A stretch of 61,563 nucleotides of DNA, counting the filler. It is 8 parts of 8 records of this genome, joined end to end, with 100 filler letters (N's around TTAATTAATTAA, not from the genome) between each part and the next. Parts side by side here need not be neighbours in the genome. Positions count along the whole stretch, not along the records: positions 48,285 to 61,563 come from SRR31147125_71355; 7 more parts are not named here. One strand, written 5' to 3'. The first letter of the stretch is position 1. Each line of letters begins with the position of its first letter. A model generated the notes under the pieces. That model did no database searches, was not told where the DNA came from, and saw nothing but the letters and a program-made list of their open reading frames with translations. The position numbers and the translations under genes were made by a program. Shown in pieces: positions 52,574 to 61,563 of the stretch.

Positions 52574-54139
52574 ATGGAAGAACAGGACAACGGATCAAAA
52601 AAAGGTAAGGTTTACCTGGTGGGTGCCGGTCCCGGCGACCCCGGGTTGATCACCATGCGCGGCAGATATCTGCTCGAGAAGGCGGAGGTGATTGTCTATG
52701 ACTACCTTGCCAGCAAAAAACTGCTCAGATACGTTCCCAAAGATGCTCGATTCGTCTATGCCGGCAAGCGTGGTGGTGTGAAGCACACCCACCCCCAGGA
52801 AGAGATCAACCAGATGCTCGTCGATTTCGCGCAGGAGGGGAAAACGGTTGTGCGGTTGAAGGGCGGTGACCCGTTTATCTTCGGACGGGGCGGTGAAGAG
52901 GTGGAAACCCTTGCCGTCAACGGGGTAGACTTCGAGGTCGTTCCCGGTGTCACATCGGCGACGGCGGCCGCCACCTATGCCGGTATCCCCATCACTCACC
53001 GGGGCTACACGGCGAGTGTCGCATTCCTGACCGGTCACGAAGATCCGACCAAGGAATCTTCCAACATCGACTGGTCCAAGATTGCCACCGGTATCGGTAC
53101 CATCGTGGTCTACATGGGTATCAAGAATCTGCCGAACATCGTAAAAAATCTCATCGACCATGGGCGGGCGCCGGATACGCCGGTCGCGGTTGTGCGCTGG
53201 GCGTCTACCCCCGAGCAGAAATCGGTGGTGGGGACGCTCGAGACAATTGCCGATATCGTTGCGGAAAACGAAATCAAGCCCCCGGCGCTGATCGTGATCG
53301 GCGACGTGGTCAAACTGCGCGATACGATAGACTGGTTCGAGAAACGGGCGTTGTTCGGCAGGCGCATCATCGTCACCCGGACCCGGGAGCAGGCCAGTGA
53401 GCTGGTTGCCGCACTCGAGGAAAACGGGGCCAGTTGCTACGAGTGTTCGACCATCAACATCGAGCCGGTGGAGGACCTCAATATCCTCGATGAGGCGCTC
53501 GAGCGGATAGATGAATATCACTGGATCCTGTTTACGTCGCTCAATGCGGTTACCTATTTCTTCAAACGGCTCTATGAAAAAGGCCTCGATGCGCGGGACC
53601 TGAAAGGCCCCGATATTGCGACGGTGGGCAAAAGTACTGCGGAACTGCTGCTTACGTACGGGATCAACGCTGATCTCATTCCCCCGGAGTTCACCGGGGA
53701 GGGATTGGCCGAAAGCCTGCTCGACCAGGGCGTTGAGGGCAGGAGTGTACTGATTCCCCGGGCGATGGAAGGCCGTGAGATCCTGCCGGAGACCCTCCGT
53801 GGCGGCGGGGCCCAGGTCACTATCGCCCCGCTGTACAGCAACGTCCCTCCACAGGGGCGACGGGAAGAACTCCGGGCGGAGCTGGAAAGTGGCACGATCG
53901 ATATGGTCACCTTCACATCATCGTCGACGGTGCGAAACTTCCTGACGATGGTCGACGCAAAGGACCAGGAGGAACTCGAACGGCTGATGGACGGGGTGAG
54001 TATCGCCGCAATCGGGCCGATCACCGCGAAAACGATAGCCAACAGCGGCCTGAAAGTCGATGTTCAGCCGGAGCAGTATACTATTGACGCAATGGTTCAG
54101 GAGATCATCGGATATTACGGTGATCGGGAGGACTCGTAG
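52574..54139 (+). CDS. cobA: Uroporphyrinogen-III C-methyltransferase / uroporphyrinogen-III synthase fusion (CobA-HemD)
   Basis: VYLVGAGPGDPGLIT and RLKGGDPFIFGRGGEE. The C-terminal HemD part has VTRTREQ, FTSSST and AIGPITA. Confidence 0.95.
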   Translation: MEEQDNGSKKGKVYLVGAGPGDPGLITMRGRYLLEKAEVIVYDYLASKKLLRYVPKDARFVYAGKRGGVKHTHPQEEINQMLVDFAQEGKTVVRLKGGDPFIFGRGGEEVETLAVNGVDFEVVPGVTSATAAATYAGIPITHRGYTASVAFLTGHEDPTKESSNIDWSKIATGIGTIVVYMGIKNLPNIVKNLIDHGRAPDTPVAVVRWASTPEQKSVVGTLETIADIVAENEIKPPALIVIGDVVKLRDTIDWFEKRALFGRRIIVTRTREQASELVAALEENGASCYECSTINIEPVEDLNILDEALERIDEYHWILFTSLNAVTYFFKRLYEKGLDARDLKGPDIATVGKSTAELLLTYGINADLIPPEFTGEGLAESLLDQGVEGRSVLIPRAMEGREILPETLRGGGAQVTIAPLYSNVPPQGRREELRAELESGTIDMVTFTSSSTVRNFLTMVDAKDQEELERLMDGVSIAAIGPITAKTIANSGLKVDVQPEQYTIDAMVQEIIGYYGDREDS

Positions 54140-54147
54140 ACGATAGA

Positions 54148-54580
54148 ATGGAAACGGGAGTTTTCCAGAAACGGGGCAGCGTGCAGCCGGGGCCGGCTGC
54201 ACTGTTCTATCGTGGGGAATCGGAATCTCCCGGAGCGGTTCGCGACCGGTCCGTCGAAGATGAGACCGAACGTGCTCAGCGCAGGGGCCTGCTCTGCCGC
54301 GCCTGCTCCATCCCCGTAACAACCGAGAAGCAGCGTATCGAAAAGGAGGGCAACTACCTCCATACCTTTTTTAATCCGGCCGGTATTGTCTATGAGATCG
54401 GCTGTTTCCGCAGCGCTCCCGGGTGCCTTTCCTATGGCCCCCCAGTTCCGAGTTTGCCTGGTTCTCAGGGTACAGCTGGCAGGTTGCATGTTGTCGCAAC
54501 TGCCAGGAACATCTTGGATGGATATTCAGGGGGAGGATGAATTTTACGGTCTCATCGTGAAAAAGCTCAAGGAGAATTAG
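54148..54580 (+). CDS. Bacterial cereblon-family (CULT domain) protein, two 1-nt frameshifts (~54440, ~54532)
   Basis: CRAC and HTFFNPAGIVYEIGCF. The shifted frame reads SEFAWFSGYSWQVACCRNCQEHLGWIF, then FYGLI. Span is 433 nt = 3n-2. Confidence 0.88.
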
Positions 54581-54589
54581 TAGAACAAC

Positions 54590-57500
54590 TCAGTTGCCCC
54601 TGATCAGATCGATCAATTCCTGGGTGCTGAGCCTGCCGCTCACGTCCGTTCCTTCCAGCAGACTGTTGGCAAGATCCCGTTTCTCCTGGTGGAGTTGAAC
54701 GATCTTCTCTTCAATGGTCTGTTTACAGACCAGCCGATAGATTGTCACCGGCCGGGTCTGGCCGATGCGGTGGGCGCGGTCGGATGCCTGGTCCTCGACG
54801 GCCGGGTTCCACCACGGGTCCATGTGAATGACGTAGTCTGCAGCGGTCAGGTTCAGTCCGAGACCACCGGCCTTCAGGCTGATCAGAAACAGGTCGCCTT
54901 CTCCCGCCTGAAACGCTTCAACCCGCTCCTTGCGGTGCCTGCTGCTGGTGCTTCCGTCAAGGTACTGGTAGGTGATGGCCTGCTCGTCCAGATATTCCCT
55001 GATGATGTTGAGGTGGCCGATGAACTGACTGAATACGAGTACCTTGTGCTTGCCGGCGATCAACTCATCGATGAGCGAGGAGAATACCGATAACTTGGAG
55101 TTTGTTATCTCCGTGTTGGCGGTAATCAGCCGGGGATTGCAGCATGCCTGTCGCAGTCTCATGATTTCCGTGAGGACCTGGAGATGCTTGCCGCGGTTGT
55201 CGGCTGTCTGTTCGAGCTGATCGAGTGCGCTCTGCCGAAGCGCTTCGTAAAAATGGAGCTCGTCGTTGCTCATCGTCACCTCGAGTGTTACCTCGGTGCG
55301 CGGCGGTAATTCTTCCAGAACCTGCGATTTGATCCGTCTCAGGATAAAAGGGCGGATCAGCTTCTTCAGGCGCATCCGTGCTTCGCGGTTGTTGAACCGC
55401 TCGATTGGTATCGCGAAGCGTTCGTTGAACTGGCGGTGTGATCCGAGCAGGCCGGGATTGATGAACTGGAACAGGTTCCAGAGCTCGCCGAGATGGTTTT
55501 CAAGCGGGGTGCCGGTGGTGATCAGCCGGAACGCGCCCTGGAGCGACATGGCGGCCTGGGAGCGTTTGGTTGCGGCGTTCTTGATCGCTTGCGCCTCGTC
55601 GAGCACGATCGTCTGCCACTGGACGTGCGCGAGTGTTTCGATTTCCTGCTGGAGCAGGGTGTAGGTCGTGATCAGCACATCGAATTTGCCGAGGCCCTGG
55701 ATGATGTCGCGCCTGTTCTTGCCGGCCAGCTGTTTGATGTTCAGTGTCGGGGTGAAGCGGTCGACCTCGCTCAGCCAGTTGGTCGAAACCGAGGTGGGCG
55801 CAACCACCAGCGACGGTCCATTGGTCGCATGCTGCAGGATGACGGCGAGCGACTGCAGGGTTTTGCCCAGTCCCATGTCGTCTGCCAGGCATCCGCCGAC
55901 ACCCCAGTGGGCGAGGCGCGACAACCAGTGATAGCCTTCGAGCTGGTAGTCTCGCAGCTCCGCTCTCAGTGTAGACGGCAGTTCGGGAGTGAATGACAGC
56001 GATTCCTGAATCCGGGAGATCTGGTTGCGCCACGACGTGTCGGTCGTTGTGTTGGCCTGGTCAACCAGCTTCTCCAGGGTGTGCGCGGCCAGCGGGTGAA
56101 CGATGATCTCCTGGTCATCTTCGGAGCTGTCTTCGCCGATTGTACTCAATTCATCGAGCCGTTTCTTGAACTCCCTTGAAAGTGCGATGAACTGGCCGTT
56201 CTCGAGCTCGATGAAACGACCCCGCGTGTTGCGGATGCGCTGCAGAATATCCTTAAGATCGATGACCAGTTCCTGGTCGAGCACGAGTTCGCCGCTCAGG
56301 CCAAACCAGTTCTGGCGGTTGGTGCGGATCTTCAGGTTCAGGTTGCTCAGAGACGCCTGGTGGATGATGTTGAGTTTTCCCCCTCCGGCCACTCGATGAC
56401 GACCTTGTCGCTGATTGCCTGCAACTCCTGAAGCGCCTGCAGGCAGTCCTCCGGGTCCTGTAAGTGCCATTCCCGGTCGTTTTCCTGCTCCAGGTCGACC
56501 GCCAGATCGAGGATCGGGCACAACTCTTCGACCTCGCGTGCGCGGAATTCCTCTTCGGCCAGGTTTCTTCTTGTCTGTACCCTGCGGCCGCCGATTTCAG
56601 CCATGATATTTTCTGCACCCTGGCCCGGTTTTACGTAGTGGGTACCGTCCTTGAACGGCTTGACCAGCATTTCCAGCCTGAACCCGCTCCCGTAGGGGAG
56701 CATGTGCATGTAGGTGGTGGGGTCCGACTCGACGAAGATGATGTCTTTGGCCTGGCTGGACGATCGATCGACCGCAATTGCAGAGTGGACCGTCATGAAA
56801 GAAGATATATTGCCGATAGCTGTGAGCACCTTTTCGCTCGCTTCAATCGGCACGCGCAGACCGTCTCGTCCGGTGATGGAGGCAACTCTCCGGTGGTTTT
56901 CGGTGATCCTGATAACCTTGAAACGGGTCAGTGATTCTCTGACGAGTACGCAGTTTTCCGCGCTGATCGGGATGGAGAAGTTGATATGCAGCTCTTCACC
57001 CAGGTTTTCGACAAGCAGCTCCGGCTCGCCGGCCATGAAATCAACCGGGGTGGACACCGAATCGTTCAGAAACAGCAGCGGGTGCCCGACCAGGGCGCGC
57101 AGCAGTTTCTCGTCGTTGAAGCTGAACTGGGGCTGTCCCTCACCGGTGTCTAGTTTGCTGATGGTCAGGCAGATCTTGCGGTCCTGCAGGCTGAGATAGG
57201 GCAGTTTGACCCTACCGTGCAGGCGGGACAGTGATACGGGCCTGCCCCTGCTCCATCCGGATGTCGACGACCGCTTCTGCTCCCTCGGTTTTACCGTGAG
57301 GTTTCCGTTTTCGTAGTCAACAAGCCAGATCAACCTCCGGTCCTGATCCGGTGCATGGGCATCGTCGGTGGAGATTGTGAGCAGCGCCTGCAGGCTGCGC
57401 TTCCAGGGCTCCTCCGGCTCAATCAGATCGATGAAAGGCTCGATCCCGGTTGCGGTAGATGTTCTCGAACAGCGGGCACCATATTCTTCGTCGACACGGG

Positions 57501-58746
57501 TCTGCATCAAAAGCTGACCAAGTCCGACGACAAATAAATCGTAACCGTTTTCCACCGCCTGTTGATACAACTCTGAAACCCGGACCTCCATCTCGGGCTC
57601 AAGCTTGCCGGTAAGCCAGTACTGGGCAAGGGCACCGAAGAGAACGGTGAGCGCCGGCAGTGACGGGTCGGCCGGCAGGGCTATTTCCTGCTGAGTGTTC
57701 TGTTGTGCCTGGTGTTCGACGATCGCATTGAGATAGAGATAGGACTGGTGTTCCTCGCTCTCTTCGAAGAGAGTGAGAGCAATCGATATCTGCCGGGCAG
57801 CCTCTTCCAGACTGTCGTTTTCAGCACAGGCGATTTTGGACAGTACATGGAACAGTCCCTGGTGACCGAAGAATGCCGCCGTGTCTGAGCGGTTAATCGA
57901 TTTGAGCTGCGCCAGGTCCGCATCGAAAAGGGAAACCGAGCCGTCATAGTCTCCTTCCAGGAAGGAGAGGGTTCCGCTAGTGCCGGTCGCCATGCCAATA
58001 TCTTCGTTTCTGGCAAGCAGGGACCTGGCCTTGTCGTGTCTGCCCTCGAACAGGTATTGGATGAGCAGCAGTCGCCGAAACGGCAGTAGTTCATCTTCCC
58101 CAAGGTGGTGGAAATTTGAATCATCTTCCAGATATTCGGTAATAATTGGAAACGACAACAGGTTTTTCAGCCCGTACCGGATGATGTGATTCAGCAGGAA
58201 GAACTGGAAGGACGGAGGCAGGGTAGACAGCCAGGCCCGGTCGAAGGGCATCGTGATAACCTGTATGACAGGTGGTGCTTCGAGCGGCAGGTCCTGGCAC
58301 TGGTTTTCGAGGAAGAGCATCGCCTGGTCGAGGAGCTCGAAATCCTGCGTGTAGATGCCGATACGCAGTTCCCGGACGGCGCGCCAGCACCGGGTTGCCC
58401 ATTTACCGTAATAGTATGCGACCGGCGCTTCGGCCCGGACGGTAGCGGCAAACGTGATGAAATGTCCCTCTTCGACACTTTTTCTTGAGATGACCTCGAC
58501 CAGGTCCAGTCGGACCTGGCGGTTGTCACTTATAAAGCCGCCGTTCTGCAGTTTGGTTACATAATGGTTGACGAACGGGGTGGTGGGGCGGTTATTGCGG
58601 GGCCCCTTCAGATCCAGTTTTTTCAGGCAATTGACGATCAGGGTTGTGTGCGCCGGTTCATAGATGATCGACAGGAGCTGCAGCAGCTGCTGTTCGAACG
58701 CACCCAACTGATCATAATCGTGGAGAAGCTCTTTTACATCGGACAT
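54590..58746 (-). CDS. Large SNF2-family helicase (1-nt frameshift in the C/G run ~56382)
   Basis: LADDMGLGKT, DEAQ, TGTPLENHL, FSQF, SLKAGGLGLNL and QASDRAHRIGQ. Restoring one base joins the two ORFs (EWPEGGKLNII), ~1385 aa. Confidence 0.92.
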
Positions 58747-58898
58747 ACGTGGTTGTTACGTCCCTCAGAATTGGTACACCGCCGACATACGGTCGGCGTA
58801 ATGAAAATAGCGGGCCAACCAGTTAACTTATCATTGTTTCTGTCGGATATAAACGAAAAAACGACCCCCTTGGGCATAAAGACTCGGGCACAGGAAGT

Positions 58899-58934
58899 AA
58901 AAAAGCGGCACCATCGGGGAAGGCGGTGCCGCTT
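58899..58934 (-). terminator. Rho-independent terminator after ppiD
   Basis: Minus-strand AAGCGGCACC...GGTGCCGCTT followed by TTTT. Confidence 0.75.
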
Positions 58935-58967
58935 GAAAGGGAGTGCTTTCCGAGGCCTGCGGGTATC

Positions 58968-60875
58968 CTAATAATTCTCTAGGCTTTCATGGATGCGGAT
59001 CTTGGCATCGGCCTGACGGTTTGTGAGCCACGCATCGACGACTCGCTGCTGTTTGAACTGGAGCAGCAGTTGCCGGTACGCGTCCTTGTCCTCGTCGCTG
59101 AGCGGGACTGCCGGAGGATTGCGCTGGTCGAACCGATACACGTAGTAATCGATACCGAACTGTCCGGGAGCTGGTGAGACAGGGGCGGCCGCAGACAGCC
59201 TGAATGCATCGGATACCAGCGTCGGTGGAAATTCAGATGCATGCGCCTGGTCATTTTTGACCAGAGGACCTGATGCACGCAGCTCGACTCCCATGTCGGC
59301 TGCCAGGTCGTCGAGGCGAGCTCCGTCGGTCCCGATCTCGGCGATCATCTTTTCCGCTTCTGCAAGGGCTTGCTCGGATGCTTTACCGGCACGATAGTCC
59401 TGCTCAGCCCGGTCGCGGACATCTGCCAGTTCAGGTACCCGGGGCGCTTGTACCGCACTGGTCGAGATGATGACGTATCCGTCGGCAGTTTCGATGATGG
59501 AGCTCAGCTCGTTCTCGTTAAGCGCGAAGGCTTTATCAAGAAATGCCAGGTCACTGGTAACGCCTTCCGGCGGGGTGGAGCGTTTGAATAATTCGGTGTC
59601 GACAACGGTGGTATCGGGCTGGCTTTCGAGGTATGCGGCCAGGCTGCCGGCACCGATGATTCCCTCATACGCCGAGTTGGCCAGTTGAAAGGCCAGCGGT
59701 TTCGCCTGCTCGAGTTTCAGCAGTGTTTCGATCTCTCCTCTGGCCTCTTCGAACCCGGTCACTGAGGCCGGCTGGATTTCCTCGAGTTTGATCACATGGT
59801 AGCCGAAATCGGTTTCGACGATATCGCTGATCTGGTTGGCTTCCATGGAGAAGACTGCATCGTTGAACGGCTGCACCATCTGTCCTTCGGTGAAAAAGCC
59901 CAGGTCACCGCCGGTCGGTCCGGTCGGCCCTTCGGAGTATTGTTGTGCCAGCAGTGCGAAGTCCTCCCCACTTCTCGCCCTCTCGAGAGCCTCTTCTGCT
60001 ATGGTTCTCTGGGAAGCCCGGACATCATCCGCGTCTTCAGTTGCGGCTTTAATGAGGATGTGGCGGGCATGCCGCTTCTCGGGATTCTGGTAGTCGCTGA
60101 GATGTTCGTTGTAGTAGGCTTCCAACTCGTCTTCATCAATGACGATTTTCGCTCCGATATCGTCATAGATAAATGGCAGGTAGCGCAACTGGATCTCTTT
60201 CTCGGTTTTATAGGATTCCCCGTTCGCCTCATACCACTGAGCCAGGCCGTCATCCGTTACTTCGACGGTATCGACAAACTGATCGGGAGAGAAGACGACA
60301 TAGGAGAGGGACACCGTTTCTTTCTCGAGGTTGTACAGCTCCTCGATTTCATGGTCGCTGGCTACCTGGGAAAACCCTGCAATGGATCCGATCGTTTTGG
60401 TGCCGAGCAGCTCGTAGCGTAGAGACTGTTCGTATTTCTCGGGGGAGAGCCGGTTTGAAGCGAGGATGGTTTTATAGCGTTCAATATCGAATAGACCATC
60501 CTGCTGAAACTGGATCATGGATTCGACTTCGGTTTGAATTTCCCGGCTGCTCACCATCAGCCCCATTTCCTGTCCGCCCTGACGGAGCAATGCTTCCTGG
60601 ACGAGCTGGTTGATGACCTGTTGTTTGATGTTCAGCTGTTCGGCAAGGCCCTTTGGAACGGTCCCGCCAAACTGATCGGCCAACCGTGAGTAGGCTTGAT
60701 CGTAAGCCTGCTGGAACTGCTGGAAACTGATCTCTTCGTTATCGACGACTATCGCCGCTTCCTGTTTGTTCATCAGGTTGGTGCCGACGCCCCAGAAAAT
60801 GAAGACGAGAGCGATGATGACGACTATGGCCTGGATAACGATCGACTGAGCCCGTTTTCTTAGAAATTCAAGCAT
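58968..60875 (-). CDS. ppiD: Periplasmic chaperone PpiD (SurA N-terminal + parvulin)
   Basis: N-terminal TM FIFWG, ARHILIK, GGDLGFF and ETDFGYHVIK. Confidence 0.9.
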   Translation of the reverse strand: MLEFLRKRAQSIVIQAIVVIIALVFIFWGVGTNLMNKQEAAIVVDNEEISFQQFQQAYDQAYSRLADQFGGTVPKGLAEQLNIKQQVINQLVQEALLRQGGQEMGLMVSSREIQTEVESMIQFQQDGLFDIERYKTILASNRLSPEKYEQSLRYELLGTKTIGSIAGFSQVASDHEIEELYNLEKETVSLSYVVFSPDQFVDTVEVTDDGLAQWYEANGESYKTEKEIQLRYLPFIYDDIGAKIVIDEDELEAYYNEHLSDYQNPEKRHARHILIKAATEDADDVRASQRTIAEEALERARSGEDFALLAQQYSEGPTGPTGGDLGFFTEGQMVQPFNDAVFSMEANQISDIVETDFGYHVIKLEEIQPASVTGFEEARGEIETLLKLEQAKPLAFQLANSAYEGIIGAGSLAAYLESQPDTTVVDTELFKRSTPPEGVTSDLAFLDKAFALNENELSSIIETADGYVIISTSAVQAPRVPELADVRDRAEQDYRAGKASEQALAEAEKMIAEIGTDGARLDDLAADMGVELRASGPLVKNDQAHASEFPPTLVSDAFRLSAAAPVSPAPGQFGIDYYVYRFDQRNPPAVPLSDEDKDAYRQLLLQFKQQRVVDAWLTNRQADAKIRIHESLENY

Positions 60876-61168
60876 AAAAACAGTTAGATATGGTTATGTC
60901 CTGCCGGTCCTGCAGGACCGACGATGAACGGATTGTACGGATAGTGTCTGCAGGAGCTGATCGGGGATGGATTTACCCCGTATACGGTGATCCTGCAAGA
61001 AAAATCGAACTAAACCATCGAACTGCCGCAGATTCATAAATGCTGTTCGCTCCATCCTGGGTGAAAAATAGGAGTAAGATCGGCATAAATATCGATGGGA
61101 GAGACGAAAATAGGTGCGAAATCAGTAATTTGTGGTTAAATTATGGATTTGGTGTAAATGATAACTCA

Positions 61169-61197
61169 TTCACTTGACAAACCGTTGATGCTATAGT
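61169..61197 (+). promoter_or_regulatory. Candidate sigma-70 promoter for dsrC
   Basis: TTCACT-N17-TATAGT with extended -10 TG; an overlapping TTGACA sits at 61174. Confidence 0.5.
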
Positions 61198-61298
61198 ATT
61201 AAGGCCAATTACTATTATTGTGTAATTTTGTGTAATGGTCATTTACTACTAGTAATTTTGCTAGTTATTGAAGAATCAAATATTCAAGGAGGTATGAA

Positions 61299-61563
61299 AT
61301 GCCCACAGTAGAACACAATGGAAAATCCTTCCAGGTTGATGAAGATGGTTTCCTGCTCAAAGGTATGGATGAGTGGAACAACGAATGGGTTGATTACGTA
61401 AAGAGCTCTGAGGGAATCTCCGACCTGACGGAAGAGCATCAGAAAGTTATTGATGCCCTGCAGGAGTACTACAAGAAAAACGGAATCGCTCCGATGGTAC
61501 GTATCCTCTCCAAGACCACTGGTTTTCCGCTGAAGAGAATTTACGAGCTGTTCCCGTCAGACC
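61299..61563 (+). CDS. dsrC: Dissimilatory sulfite reductase-associated sulfur carrier DsrC, 3' truncated (absent from ORF track)
   Basis: AGGAGG RBS, then MPTVEHNGKSFQVDEDGFL...LTEEHQKVIDALQEYYKKNGIAPMVRILSKTTGFPLKRIYELFPS. Confidence 0.93.
   Translation, partial: MPTVEHNGKSFQVDEDGFLLKGMDEWNNEWVDYVKSSEGISDLTEEHQKVIDALQEYYKKNGIAPMVRILSKTTGFPLKRIYELFPSD

Noticed and set aside
3208-58746. Programmed frameshifting, phase variation or mass pseudogenisation
   Set aside because: The shifts run almost all in the same direction, occur in unrelated taxa and hit core genes. I saw no accompanying nonsense decay, so sequencing error is simpler.
60905-60920. Perfect 16-bp palindrome CGGTCCTGCAGGACCG upstream of ppiD
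   Set aside because: Single GC-rich occurrence with no supporting context.
22930-61563. Treating dsrA and dsrC, or the adhesin and the sugar cluster, as one locus
   Set aside because: They lie on different fragments separated by artificial spacers.

Overview
This window is not one locus. It is eight unrelated metagenomic-type fragments joined by seven identical 100-nt spacers (N44-TTAATTAATTAA-N44), so genes cannot be linked across spacers. (1) 1-6442, Bacteroidota-like: an SGNH esterase whose catalytic blocks appear circularly permuted, plus an FNR / ferredoxin / DUF4405-type cytochrome b / RdhC-NosR-like flavoprotein / nitroreductase redox cluster. (2) 6543-11977, Bacteroidota-like: a Cys-rich peptide locus with a transglutaminase-like lipoprotein, PadR + permease, fulvocin C-like lipoprotein, O-antigen-ligase/TPR protein, an SD-ATG-TAA start-stop element and a hidden peptide precursor. 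(3) 12078-17542 and (4) 17643-22829, Desulfobacterota-like accessory and signalling genes. (5) 22930-31551, sulfate reducer core: dnaG-rpoD-dprA-rpe-pgi-dsrA. (6) 31652-41247, a carbohydrate-degradation cluster (GH62, lactonase, C-N hydrolase, GH29, M23-like/PKD protein, GH116). (7) 41348-48184, a giant RTX/vWA adhesin followed by a stand-alone retention-module mini-protein, a TPR lipoprotein and an ECF sigma factor. (8) 48285-61563: tRNA-fMet fragment, thioesterase, apgM, hom, adk, cobA-hemD, a bacterial cereblon, a SNF2 helicase, ppiD and dsrC. About 15 genes are split by small indels, nearly all single-base deletions and mostly in homopolymers. I read these as sequencing errors and report the reconstructed genes. 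Taxonomic and family calls come from motif recognition only; no database searches were run.
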